Origin: Planctomycetota bacterium
GTDB taxonomy: Bacteria > Planctomycetota > B15-G4
Length of the DNA: 64,000 bases
NCBI GenBank assembly: GCA_038212275.1
Contig: JBBQUR010000015.1
Coordinates: 58,828-122,827 of the forward strand
Direction: 5' to 3'
This document shows, piece after piece, positions 19,717 through 29,260 of this stretch; position 1 is the first letter of the stretch; every line of letters begins with the position of its first letter. Made by a program: the position numbers and the translations under genes. The notes beneath the pieces were generated by a model, which was not told where the DNA came from, did not search any database, and saw nothing but the letters and a program-made list of their open reading frames with translations.

Positions 19717-20174
19717 GCGAGCGCCTGCTGATCGAGAACAGGCTGATCGAGAACAGGCCCGCCGTGGAACAGAGTCATCATGGCGCGTGACACGACGCGC
19801 CCCCCGAGCTCGGCCTCGGTCTCGAACAGGCTGATGCTCTTCGTGCCGCGGACGCGCCGCGCGCGCAGCAGCAGCTCGGCCCCCACCGGCACCACGTCGC
19901 AATCGACGCTCATCGAACGGCACGCGATGACCATGCCGGCACGCACGCTCTCGCCCACCGAGCTCGCCTCGCAGCCCAGGCACGCGGCCACCGCCTGCGC
20001 CATGAACTCGAACAGGCACACGCCGGCCACATGCCCGTCGCGCACGAAGGGATGGTCGGCGCGCAGCAGCATGCGCGCGGTGCAGCGGCCCGGCTCCCAG
20101 TCCAGCAGGCTCTCGAGCACGAGCATCGGCGCGGCGTGCGGCAACAGGTCGGCGACGGGCGGCAGGCCGCTCAC
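19668..20174 (-). CDS. ApeP-like hotdog dehydratase
   Basis: LLPHAAPMLVL, EFMAQAVAA. Confidence 0.8.
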   Translation of the reverse strand: MSGLPPVADLLPHAAPMLVLESLLDWEPGRCTARMLLRADHPFVRDGHVAGVCLFEFMAQAVAACLGCEASSVGESVRAGMVIACRSMSVDCDVVPVGAELLLRARRVRGTKSISLFETEAELGGRVVSRAMMTLFHGGPVLDQPVLDQQALAQPARDPPARGEPTSR

Positions 20175-21049
20175 GATGCCTCCGGTTCCGACAACTCGGC
20201 GCACCAGCCGGCGCCGGCGCCACGATCGAGGCGCACGCTCCCGCGCCGCCCGGCGAGCAGCGCGTCGATGAGGTCGACGAGGCCAGCCTGCGGATGGCGC
20301 GCGAGCCGCGGCGTGTCGGCCGCGGGCTGCAGGTCCGGCGCGCCGCCGAGCACGACGCGCAACCCGGCCAGCCGCGGGCCGGGATGCCACGCGGGCGCGA
20401 GCACGACAGCGGCCGCGAGCAGGTCGAAGCGCAGTGCTTCCGGCACGAGATGCTCGGGCGCGACCTCGTCTCCGCATGCGACGAGCACCGGCTCGCCGCG
20501 CGCCGCAACGAGCCCGGCGGCCTCGAGCAGCGCCGCGGCCGGCGTGTCGAAGTCGGCCGCGAGCGACGTGGTGAAGCCGCGGTTGCCGTTCGAGATGGAC
20601 AGCAGCCCCGACGCCGCGTTGTGCACGCTCACGGTGAACGCCGCCGGGGACATCGGCGTGTGCAGACGCCACATCTGCTCGAGCAGACCGATCATGGTGG
20701 CCGCCTCGCCGAGCGACGAGCCGACCACCGTGGGCACGCGCGCCGGGTCGACACCCGCCGCCGCCATCGCCTCCGCCGCGGCATCGGACAGCGCGCGGCC
20801 AAGCAGGCTTGCGCGTCGACGGTTCACGCGATCGAACGCCAGCCCGCGCGGCTTCTCCGCCGCCGGGTCCTGCATGCGCGAAGCCCACGCCGCCGCGTTC
20901 GGGAACCCCGGCATCCACAGCCCGACGCCCGCGACGACCAGCGCCGCCGACGACACCGCGCCACCCTCATCGTGCGCGCCGGCCTCGCCTGGCGCGGTAC
21001 GCGCGAGGCTCGCGTCGTGTGCGCCGCCGTCATCGTGCGCGCCGTTCAT
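20171..21049 (-). CDS. Ketosynthase chain-length factor
   Basis: RRRAS, SSLGE, MSPAAFTVSVHNAASG; no catalytic Cys. Confidence 0.85.
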   Translation of the reverse strand: MNGAHDDGGAHDASLARTAPGEAGAHDEGGAVSSAALVVAGVGLWMPGFPNAAAWASRMQDPAAEKPRGLAFDRVNRRRASLLGRALSDAAAEAMAAAGVDPARVPTVVGSSLGEAATMIGLLEQMWRLHTPMSPAAFTVSVHNAASGLLSISNGNRGFTTSLAADFDTPAAALLEAAGLVAARGEPVLVACGDEVAPEHLVPEALRFDLLAAAVVLAPAWHPGPRLAGLRVVLGGAPDLQPAADTPRLARHPQAGLVDLIDALLAGRRGSVRLDRGAGAGWCAELSEPEAS

Positions 21050-22320
21050 GGCGCCCTCAGCAGCACACTGACGTTGTTGCCGCCGAACGCGAACGAGTTG
21101 CTGAGCGCGCGGCGGAACATGCCGCGCGTCAGCACGGTCGGCACGCGGATGGTCACGGCCGGATCCAGCGGCGCGGCGTTGAGCGACGGCGGGATCCAGC
21201 CCTCCTCGATCGCGTACGCGGCGAAGGCAGCCTCGATCGCGCCGGCTCCGCCGAGCGTGTGCCCGGTGTAGGCCTTGGTGGACACGACCGGAACCTCCGC
21301 GCCGAAGAGCGCGCGGATCGCGCCCGCCTCCGCCACATCGTTGAGCCGCGTGCCGGTGCCGTGCGCGTTGATGTAGTCCACGTCCCCGGGCCGCAGCCCG
21401 GCCTGGGCCAGCGCGGCCGACATCGCGTCACGGGCGCCGCGCCCCTCGGGGTGCGGAGCGCTCACGTGATACGCGTCGGATGACTCGCCGACACCGGCGA
21501 GCAGCACGCGCGCGTCGCCGTCGCGCTCGAGCAGCAGCAGCGCGCCGCCTTCGCCGATGTTGATGCCCGCGCGCTCCGTGCCGAAGGGCCTGCAGATGCC
21601 GCGGTCGAGCGCGCCAAGCGACTGGAAGCCGAGCAGCGTCATCGAGCACAGCGTGTCGATGCCGCCGACGATGGCCGCGTCGATGGTGCCGGCGGCAATG
21701 AGCCGCTGCGCGGAGGCCAGCGGCTTGGCGCTCGACGTGCATGCCGTGGACACCATCCACGTCGGGCCGCGCGCGCCGGTGAGCGTCGCGACGACGTGCA
21801 GCACGGCGCCGAAGGTGTGCTGCCGCCGGAAGTCGAACGCGGCGGGAAGCACGCCCTGCTCGACGTAGGTGCGGTAGGCCCGCTCGGTGGTTTCCGCGCC
21901 GGCCGTGCTCGTGCCCAGCAGCACCGCGATGCGTTCGGGGCGCCAGCGTTCGCGCGCGCGGCGCAGCGGCTGATCCAGTTCCGCGAGCAGCCACGCGGCC
22001 ATGCGCGCGCAGCGCGTGTCCCATCGGGCCAGCGCACCGTCGAGCGCGGGCAGCTCGGTGCGCACGGCGCCCACCATCGTCAGCACGGGGAAGGGGCCGT
22101 CCCACGGCACGAGGCCCGAGCGGCCCGCGGCCAGCGCGGCCAGGATGTCGGCGCGCGTGCCGCCCAGCGCGTTGAGGTTGGCGTACGCGGTGATGGGCAC
22201 CGGCCGGATCGGTGGCCGAGTCGGTGGCCGGGTTGGTGGCCGGGTCGGTGCGCGATGCGGCGCGAAGTGCGGCACAGGCTGCAGCGCGTGAGGGGGCGGG
22301 CGCGTGTCGTCGGCGGTCAT
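21046..22320 (-). CDS. Beta-ketoacyl-ACP synthase (KS)
   Basis: STACTSS, NAHGTGT, KAYTGHTLG, NSFAFGG. Confidence 0.92.
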   Translation of the reverse strand: MTADDTRPPPHALQPVPHFAPHRAPTRPPTRPPTRPPIRPVPITAYANLNALGGTRADILAALAAGRSGLVPWDGPFPVLTMVGAVRTELPALDGALARWDTRCARMAAWLLAELDQPLRRARERWRPERIAVLLGTSTAGAETTERAYRTYVEQGVLPAAFDFRRQHTFGAVLHVVATLTGARGPTWMVSTACTSSAKPLASAQRLIAAGTIDAAIVGGIDTLCSMTLLGFQSLGALDRGICRPFGTERAGINIGEGGALLLLERDGDARVLLAGVGESSDAYHVSAPHPEGRGARDAMSAALAQAGLRPGDVDYINAHGTGTRLNDVAEAGAIRALFGAEVPVVSTKAYTGHTLGGAGAIEAAFAAYAIEEGWIPPSLNAAPLDPAVTIRVPTVLTRGMFRRALSNSFAFGGNNVSVLLRAP

Positions 22321-22324
22321 GCCT

Positions 22325-23515
22325 TCAGCCCTGGCCCCGCCGCGCGGCGAGCAGCTGGTCCTGGAAGGGGTTGTCGTCGCGCCAGACGTCGCCGGCCAGC
22401 ACGCTCAGCACGCCGGCTCGCATCGGCATGCCGTCCGTGTCGCCCAGGAAGACCGACTCCGCGAAGCGGCTGTTGTAGAAGCGGCCGATGAGCGCGCCAA
22501 AGGTGCGGTAGGCACGGTCCATGCTCCTGCGATGCGCGTCGAGCAGGCCGGGCTCCGTTTCGGTGCCGGCCTGCAGCGCCGGGCCGATCGCATCGGCCAG
22601 CGACTCCGCGCCGCGCAGTGCCAGCGTGACGCCCGACGAGAACACCGGGTCGAGGAAACACGCCGCGTCGCCTATGCATGCGAAGCGCGGGCCGCAACTC
22701 GCCGTGTTGCGGTAGCTGAAGTTGCTCGCGACATGCGTGGCCAGTCGCTCCGCGCCGGCCGTGCAGCGCGCGGCGAGCGGGTCCGCGAGCAGCGCGTCGA
22801 GCTGCGCGTGCGTCGCGCGCTCCTGGCTCACGAGGCCGACCGAGAGCCGCGCGCCCGGCAGCGGAATGATCCAGCCCCAGCCATCCGGGCGCAGCAGCAC
22901 GCGGATCGCGAAGCCTGGGCCCAGCTCATCCAGCGCCTCGCGGCGCAGGCCGGCGAAATGCGTGAACACCGCCGCCGCACCGAAGGCGCGATACGGCTCG
23001 ACACTGCGCGACTGCTGTGCGAGCAATCGGTCCTGGCCTGTCGCGTCGATGAGGTAGCGCGCCGCGAGTCGATCCGACGCGGTGCGGACGTGCACGGCGT
23101 CCGATGCATCGAGTTCCGCCTCCAGCACGGCCTCGCCGTGGCGCACTTCGGCGCCGGCTGCGCGCGCGACGTCGCGCAGCAGCGTGTCGAAGCGCGCACG
23201 GTCCACGTGGAAGCTGTGGTCAGGCAGCCCCGGCAGCGCGCCGTCGAAGCTGAACACGCCGCGCCGCCCGCTGGCCTCGCACAGAAACTCCGCACCGCGC
23301 TTGCGCAGGAAGGCGTCCGCGTGCGGCTCGACGCCGAGGCGCGCGAGCACGGACAGCCCGGCGGGCAGCAGCGATTCGCCGATGTGGAAGCGCGGGAAGT
23401 GCGACTTCTCGAGCACGACCACCGACAGGCCGCGCCGCGCGAGCAAGGCCGCCGCCGTGGAACCGGCGGGGCCGGCGCCGACGACCGCCACGTCCCAGCG
23501 CGGCTCGCCGCTCAC
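22325..23515 (-). CDS. FAD-dependent halogenase/oxidoreductase
   Basis: GAGPAG, FPRFHIGESLLP, FLRKRGAEF, GWGWIIP, GDAACFLDPVFSSG. Confidence 0.82.
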   Translation of the reverse strand: MSGEPRWDVAVVGAGPAGSTAAALLARRGLSVVVLEKSHFPRFHIGESLLPAGLSVLARLGVEPHADAFLRKRGAEFLCEASGRRGVFSFDGALPGLPDHSFHVDRARFDTLLRDVARAAGAEVRHGEAVLEAELDASDAVHVRTASDRLAARYLIDATGQDRLLAQQSRSVEPYRAFGAAAVFTHFAGLRREALDELGPGFAIRVLLRPDGWGWIIPLPGARLSVGLVSQERATHAQLDALLADPLAARCTAGAERLATHVASNFSYRNTASCGPRFACIGDAACFLDPVFSSGVTLALRGAESLADAIGPALQAGTETEPGLLDAHRRSMDRAYRTFGALIGRFYNSRFAESVFLGDTDGMPMRAGVLSVLAGDVWRDDNPFQDQLLAARRGQG

Positions 23516-24231
23516 CCGAGCCCGCCGTCGATGCCGATGACCTGGCCGGTGATGTACGCGGCGTCGTCCGATGCGAGGAAGGCCACCAGCGCCGCGACCT
23601 CGTCGGCCTTGCCGAAGCGCCCGGCCGGGATCATCGCCTTCAGCTCCGGCGGCACGCCGGCGGTCATTCCCGTGTCGATGAGCCCCGGTGCGACGGCGTT
23701 GACGGTGATCTTGCGCTTGGCCAGCTCGAGCGCGAGCGAGCGCGTCGCCCCGATGAGGCCCGCCTTGGCCGCTGCGTAGTTGACCTGGCCCCGGTTGCCG
23801 CGCAGCGCCGCGAGCGACGAGAGATTGATGATGCGCCCCCACTTGCGCTGCACCATCGGCATGACGAGCGGGCGCGTCACGTGGAAGAAGCCGTCGAGCG
23901 AAGTGGCCAGCACGTCGCGCCACGCGTCGACGGACATGGCGGGGAACGCGCCGTCGCGCGTGATGCCGGCGTTGTTGACCAGCACGCCGATCGGGCGGCC
24001 GTCCTCGAGCAGCGTGGCGAGCGCCGCTTCGGTGGCCGCACGGTCCGCGACATCGAAGCGCGCGGCCACCGCCTCGCCGCCGCGCTCCGTGATGGCCGCG
24101 ACCACCGCCGCCGCGCCGGCCTCGTCGCTCCGGTAGTTCACGATGACGGCATGCCCGGCGGCCGCGAGCCGCTGCGCGATGGCGGCGCCGATCCCGCGGC
24201 TGGCGCCGGTCACGAGTGCGCGACTGATCAT
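23512..24231 (-). CDS. fabG: 3-oxoacyl-ACP reductase
   Basis: TGASRGIG, NNAG, YAAAK. Confidence 0.92.
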   Translation of the reverse strand: MISRALVTGASRGIGAAIAQRLAAAGHAVIVNYRSDEAGAAAVVAAITERGGEAVAARFDVADRAATEAALATLLEDGRPIGVLVNNAGITRDGAFPAMSVDAWRDVLATSLDGFFHVTRPLVMPMVQRKWGRIINLSSLAALRGNRGQVNYAAAKAGLIGATRSLALELAKRKITVNAVAPGLIDTGMTAGVPPELKAMIPAGRFGKADEVAALVAFLASDDAAYITGQVIGIDGGLG

Positions 24232-24319
24232 GCGGCGATCGGCTCGAGGGGGACGTGTCCCGTCGTCGCGCCGGGGTGCGCGGAAGGGCCGGTCATTCTC
24301 GGCTCGCCGCGCAGATCGA

Positions 24320-25048
24320 TCAAGGCGACGGAGCGGATGGCGGCGGCGTGGGGCGCGCCGCGAGCCCGGCCACCGCAGCCGCAAGCCGCACAAACGGCTG
24401 GCGCGCCTCGCGCAACACGTGCCACGGCACGAGCGGCACCGCGGACGCCGAAGCCGGCGCAAGCAGCGCGACCACCGCATCGCACGTGGACGAAAGGTCG
24501 CCGCGCACGTCGTCGCCGAGCACGTCGAACGCACCCGTGACGACCAGCGCCGCCTCGCCGTCCTCCAACAGGCGCGCCGCCTCCGCGAGGGCCAGGCCAT
24601 CGTCCGCGCCGTCGACGTCGTCGACGCAGAGGCAGAGCGTCGGGCCGCGCAGGCCGAAGCGAATGGCCAGCGCGCCGGGCGCGGCGCTCGGCAACGTGCC
24701 GGGAAACAGCGAGGCCGCGCCCACGTCGGCCGGCCGGCACGCGGCGAAGCGGCGATCCGCGTCGAGACAGCCGAACCCGGTCTGCACGACGAGCGCCACG
24801 TCGTCGCGGTCGGCCGACGCGAGGGCGCGGCCGAGGCCTGCCGCTTCCGCCGCGAGAATGAGCGCGCGCGACGCGCGGTCCAGACGCCGCCAGTCCGGGT
24901 CGATCACGCCGAAGAGCTGCCGCAGGCTGCGCGCGGTTCCCGGCGGCGCCACGCCGAGTGCGCTCCAGGCGGCCTGCACTCCGGCGCTGCCGCGCACGCC
25001 CTGCGCATCGACGACACCCACCGCGACGACCACGAGCGCCGTGCTCAC
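24320..25048 (-). CDS. Second KS N-terminal-like / chain-length factor
   Basis: RRLDRAS, LFPGTLPS..G.LAIRFGLRGP; no catalytic Cys. Confidence 0.75.
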   Translation of the reverse strand: MSTALVVVAVGVVDAQGVRGSAGVQAAWSALGVAPPGTARSLRQLFGVIDPDWRRLDRASRALILAAEAAGLGRALASADRDDVALVVQTGFGCLDADRRFAACRPADVGAASLFPGTLPSAAPGALAIRFGLRGPTLCLCVDDVDGADDGLALAEAARLLEDGEAALVVTGAFDVLGDDVRGDLSSTCDAVVALLAPASASAVPLVPWHVLREARQPFVRLAAAVAGLAARPTPPPSAPSP

Positions 25049-26154
25049 GCCTGCAGCACCAGCGCGGCCTGGATGCCGCCGAAACCGCTCGACACCTTGA
25101 GCGCGCAGCTGCTGCGAGCCAGCGTCCTCGGCTCGCGCACGAGGTCGAGGCCCGCATCGACGTCGGGCTGCTCCAGGCCGACGTTGCGCGACACGACGCC
25201 TCGCCGCAGCGCCTCGCAGGCGAGCAGTGTCTCGAGCACGCCGGCCGCACCGAGCGTGTGGCCGGTCTGCGCCTTCGTCCCGAACGCGGGCGGCGTACGC
25301 CCGCCGAACGCGGCGACGAGACCGCGCGCTTCGCACGCGTCGTTGGCCACCGTGCCGGTGCCGTGGACATGCACCAGGTCGATCGCCGACGCGTCGATGC
25401 CCGCGTGCTGCAGCGCACGGCGCACGGCAAGTGTCAGGCCGGCGCCTTCACGATCGGGCCCGGTGACATGGCATGCATCGTTGGCCCCGCCCCATCCGGC
25501 GATGGAAACGCCCCGTGATTCCTTCGCGTGCGCCGAAAGCAGGATCGCGCCGGCGCCATCGCCCAGCGACATGCCGTGGCGGCGCGCGTCGAACGGCCGG
25601 CACGCGCCGCGTTGCAGCGCGCCCAGCGACGCGAAGCCGGCCTGCACGAAGTCGTGCGCCACGTCGACGCCGACGACGAGCAGGTGCTCGGCCTCGCCGC
25701 GCACGATGCGCCGCGCGGCGAGCGAGAGCGCGGCGACGCCCGACGCGCACGCGCACGACACGGCGGCCGTCACGCCGCCGAGTCCCAGCTCCGCGGCGAG
25801 ACGCCGTGCGAGACGTGCGGGGCTGCCGAGGCCATCGCCCAGACCATCTCCCAGGTCGGCGACGCCCGAGAGGTCGGCCTTCGCGGAGGCCAGCACCAGG
25901 CCGATGTCGCGCGGGTCGACGCCGGGCGCCTCGGCCAGCGCCTCCCGCGCGGCGAGCGCACCGAGCGCGAGCGCGAACTGCGCGTCGCGTCGCGCCGCCC
26001 CGATGACGTCCGGTGGCACGCGGGCGATGCAGGCGCCGTCCGCCAGGTCGCGCAGTGCGGTCTCGCCCGCCGTCACGCCGGCCTGCAGCACGTGACGTCC
26101 CGCTCCGAAGCCGGTGACAGCTCCCCGCCCGGCGATGTGAGCCTGTCGCTTCAG
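25045..26154 (-). CDS. Second beta-ketoacyl-ACP synthase, probable CTG start
   Basis: SCACASG, HVHGTGT, KAQTGHTLG; the KS N-terminal motif HIAGRGAVTGFG lies upstream of the called GTG at 26091. Confidence 0.85.
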   Translation of the reverse strand: MKRQAHIAGRGAVTGFGAGRHVLQAGVTAGETALRDLADGACIARVPPDVIGAARRDAQFALALGALAAREALAEAPGVDPRDIGLVLASAKADLSGVADLGDGLGDGLGSPARLARRLAAELGLGGVTAAVSCACASGVAALSLAARRIVRGEAEHLLVVGVDVAHDFVQAGFASLGALQRGACRPFDARRHGMSLGDGAGAILLSAHAKESRGVSIAGWGGANDACHVTGPDREGAGLTLAVRRALQHAGIDASAIDLVHVHGTGTVANDACEARGLVAAFGGRTPPAFGTKAQTGHTLGAAGVLETLLACEALRRGVVSRNVGLEQPDVDAGLDLVREPRTLARSSCALKVSSGFGGIQAALVLQA

Positions 26155-26203
26155 CGGCCGACTCCGCGAGCGACTGTCCGTGCGCAGCGCGTGGCGGCAG
26201 CGC

Positions 26204-26440
26204 TCAGAAGAAGTCCTTCATGAACCCGTCCATCGGCAGCGGCAGCAGCGCCTTGGCGTGATCCGCGCCGGGGGATGGATGCCGGCTGGTGGCGGCGACG
26301 CTGTTGGAGTTGAGCACGTCGTCCGAGGCCGCGTCGAGCATCTCGCTGGCGATCTCGACCGAGTCGGGAATCTCGACCGAGTCGGGAATCTCGACCGAGT
26401 CGGGCATCGCGGGCGAGTCGGGAATCGCGGGCGAGAACAT
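26204..26440 (-). CDS. Small acidic peptide with 6-aa repeats
   Basis: 18-bp tandem repeats encode (I/M)PDS(VE/PA); co-oriented immediately upstream of the KS gene. Confidence 0.35.
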   Translation of the reverse strand: MFSPAIPDSPAMPDSVEIPDSVEIPDSVEIASEMLDAASDDVLNSNSVAATSRHPSPGADHAKALLPLPMDGFMKDFF

Positions 26441-26480
26441 CGGGCGATCCTCCCGGCGGAGGAGCTTCGAGCGGACCACG

Positions 26481-26771
26481 TCAGGTGATTTCCGCGACGC
26501 GCGCGTTGTGCATGGCCTGGTCGACGGATTCGGGGCCCGCGCCGATCAGGATGCGCTGCAGGTGCGGGCGCAGCGCGTCGACGATCGCGTCCGTCACCTG
26601 GTCGCCCGACTTCGGGAACTCGATGCCGTCGTAGCCGCCCGGCGCGGGAGCCATGACGCAGGCCGAGTGTCCCGCGAGCCGCAGCCCGGTTGCGCCGTCG
26701 CGCATCCACGTGTCGTTCGAGGAACAGCCCGCAGCGCAGGCGAGCAGGCATGCCAGGACAATCCGTTTCAT
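26481..26771 (-). CDS. Short lipoprotein, possibly truncated
   Basis: MKRIVLACLLACAAGC lipobox. Confidence 0.55.
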   Translation of the reverse strand: MKRIVLACLLACAAGCSSNDTWMRDGATGLRLAGHSACVMAPAPGGYDGIEFPKSGDQVTDAIVDALRPHLQRILIGAGPESVDQAMHNARVAEIT

Positions 26772-26785
26772 CACGCGCACCCCGG

Positions 26786-27235
26786 GGAGGGCGTAGCTCA
26801 CAGAAGCGCCCTCCACCCTACCGCAGCGCCCGCACCGTGTCCTCCCTCCGGCGGTGAACGCCGCCCCGCTCGCGACATGGCGCCACCGCTCCCCGCTCCG
26901 CTTCGCGCGCGCCCGGCTCCAGGCGCCGTCATCCCGGCCAGGTTGGCCCGGCTTGTCGCCCGGCGCACAGAATCGCTCCGCTCACGTCTCCGGCGATACG
27001 CTGAGCAACTCCCCGCTCTCCTCTCTTCACACCCCACCACTCATATCCCTGTGGCGGCCGCGCCGGGTGCCGCGCCGGGTGCCGCGCCGGGTGCCGCGCC
27101 GGTGCGTCGGCCGGCAGCCCCAGCGAGGTCAGGATCGCCGTCACCACCGCGGCCTGCGTGAGCGCCGTGAGAGTCACGCGCCGGCCAGCGCAGCGCTCGC
27201 CGTGCAGCACGTCCAGCGCAGCACGTCCAGTGCAG
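26786..27235 (-). mobile_element. IS91-family transposase C-terminal remnant plus type A end
   Basis: LDVLH.ERCAGRR..L..LT..AVV.AIL.SLGLP...ARPP followed by the conserved end hairpin at 26786-26814. Confidence 0.8.
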
Positions 27236-27530
27236 CACTCGATAACCCGATCCGACGCGAGCCGAGAATATGCGTCGCACCGGATGGACTTGCTTGAAGC
27301 GCAGGCTGGGATGAAACGGATCCTGCCTGAACAGTCGATCGCGGCCTGAGCCTGACCCCGGACGGCGGGAGGCAGACTGTCGAGCGCCTTGCGAGAGCAA
27401 AGCGTGGTCCGTGATCTCACGGCTTGTCGGGATCGAGCTCTTCGGTCTTGCCGTCGCGGAACTCGGCGAGCGCCTCATCGGCGAGAAGCTCGAGCGCCGG
27501 CGACGTCTCTGCCAGCCTGCGCTGCGCTCG
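27230..27530 (-). pseudogene. Degraded RelE/ParE-like toxin and antitoxin pair
   Basis: Frameshifted MRSRTT..RKA...LFRQDPFHPSLRFKQVH..SARVGSGYR; upstream LADEALAEFRDGKTEELDPDK antitoxin tail. Confidence 0.65.
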
Positions 27531-27649
27531 CCGCTCGGATCACCGCGCGGCTGGGGCTCCGGCACTTGTCATGCCGCCCGCCTCGAGCCGACATGCGTGT
27601 GCGAGCCGGACTCCCTTGGTAACGCCCTCGTGGATGTCGAGCGTCTCGA

Positions 27650-27875
27650 TGCGAAGATGGGGGCAACTGCGGGGCATGGTCAGCCGCGGAGAGCTGGTCC
27701 GGGCAGCGCAGGCCTGTCGCATCGACGCCGTGATGAGGCCGTACATCGAGGCCGTCATCGCTTGACGAGGCCGGTGACGAACTTCGCGGCCTCCGTCCGG
27801 GCGAGGCTGCTCGAGGCGACCAACAAGCGCAGGGGTGACTTCCAGTTCACGCTCCAGCGCTACGCCGCCGAGCGT
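27650..27875 (+). pseudogene. AbiEi/AbiEii-like type IV TA junction fragment
   Basis: ...RIDAVMRPYIEAVIA* overlaps TTG of MTRPVTNFAASVRARLL..DFQFTLQRYAAER, then truncated. Confidence 0.65.
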
Positions 27876-28629
27876 GAAGCCGTCGGCGCGCACGCGCTGA
27901 GCGCTGCCGGGGCCGGCGGGCGGAACGCCGTACCACCGCGTCGCGTTCCACACGCCCCAGCCGCCGACACTGAACTTCCAGGCCACGTGGCGCTTGTTGG
28001 CGAGGTGGCGTCCCGTGTTCCGGAAGAGGAACTGGAACGTGTCCGTGCCATCCATCAATGTCACGAAGTTCGCGGCGTGGCGATCGAAGGAGGAAGGCAC
28101 CGTGACGTTGTTCGTGTCGACGCCGAGATCGAGGTCGTCCCCGCTCGGCCAGAGTCTCGCATTGATGCTGAAGGTGTCCATGTCGCCTCGCGAAGAAGGG
28201 CTCGGGCAAGCGGGCCGCATCCTGGTCGCGCTTGCGCGTTCGTGTGGGGATTCCTCGCGACCTCGTGCCGTGCGATTCGCTCGTCCGTTGGAGAGCGCGT
28301 CACCCGCGACACATCCATCGATGGATCACTCGACTTGCGAACTGCGCCTGCGAGTCCACGCACAAGTCAGGATGCAGACTCGGCCTTGAGTTCCGGCCGG
28401 TGGCGCGCACGTCACATGCGTCGCCCGCCACAGCTCTCGGACCATGGTGTCGTGCCGCTGATCGAGTTGCTGGCGCCGAAGCCGAACGGACCGGCCGGAT
28501 CCTGCTGCCAGCACTGCACGCCTCCCGGCCATGAGCTGGGCAGTTCGATGAGGCCGGCGGGCCCGATCGGAATGTTCGCGACGACGAACGCGGCCGCCGG
28601 CACCAGCGCGTGTCTTGCGACTTCCCCGA

Positions 28630-29115
28630 TCAGCCATTCATCGGGATGTCGCCGGGCGCGTGCAGGCGGTCGGCGAGATAGGCGTCAGCGTCGATGCCCG
28701 CCGCGCGCGTCGCCCGCACGAATGCGTCGCGCTCATGCACCATGACGTCGATATCCCAGATGCAGAACGACTCGCGCTCATTCGGGCCACGAAACCGCGC
28801 GACGACAGGCGGCGAAACGAACAGGCGGACAGGAAGCTCGTTGCCGTTGTCCCACCATCCAAAGACCAGATAATCACCCACCTGCGCCTGGTGCATGATG
28901 ATGAAGCCCAGCCCGGGGCGCAGCGAATCCGTGGCTGGCTGCGGGAGCGCGCCGCAGACCAGGTCCTCCCATCCCGCGAAGCGATGCATGTTCAAGGCGC
29001 CATCGCCCTGGACGATCGCATAGAGCTTCAACCGGTAACCCGCGAGCTCGACGATCCCGATGCAATTGATCGCACGCGGTCGCCAATGATCGCTGCGGAA
29101 CTCGGCGATGGTCAT
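28630..29115 (-). CDS. Conserved hypothetical protein
   Basis: Protein-like composition (YRLKLYAI...YLVFGWWDNGNEL...CIWDIDVMVHERDA). Confidence 0.7.
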   Translation of the reverse strand: MTIAEFRSDHWRPRAINCIGIVELAGYRLKLYAIVQGDGALNMHRFAGWEDLVCGALPQPATDSLRPGLGFIIMHQAQVGDYLVFGWWDNGNELPVRLFVSPPVVARFRGPNERESFCIWDIDVMVHERDAFVRATRAAGIDADAYLADRLHAPGDIPMNG

Positions 29116-29149
29116 GTGCAGGTCCAGTGCCCGGGTGTCTCTCGACGAC

Positions 29150-29260
29150 AGCGGGGAAAATGTAAGACAAGCGCCCCCCACCCTACCCCGGCGCCCGCGC
29201 TGAACGCTTCCCGGACCGCGAGCCTCGCGACGGAATCGGCGCGGGCGTGCATGCTGCCGT
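29150..29260 (-). mobile_element. Type A end remnant
   Basis: caagcgccccccaccctaccccggcgcccgc at 29168. Confidence 0.65.

Noticed and set aside
26204..26816. Second UGA readthrough joining ORFs 26481-26771 and 26204-26479
   Set aside because: The two ORFs are in different frames and no convincing hairpin follows the stop.
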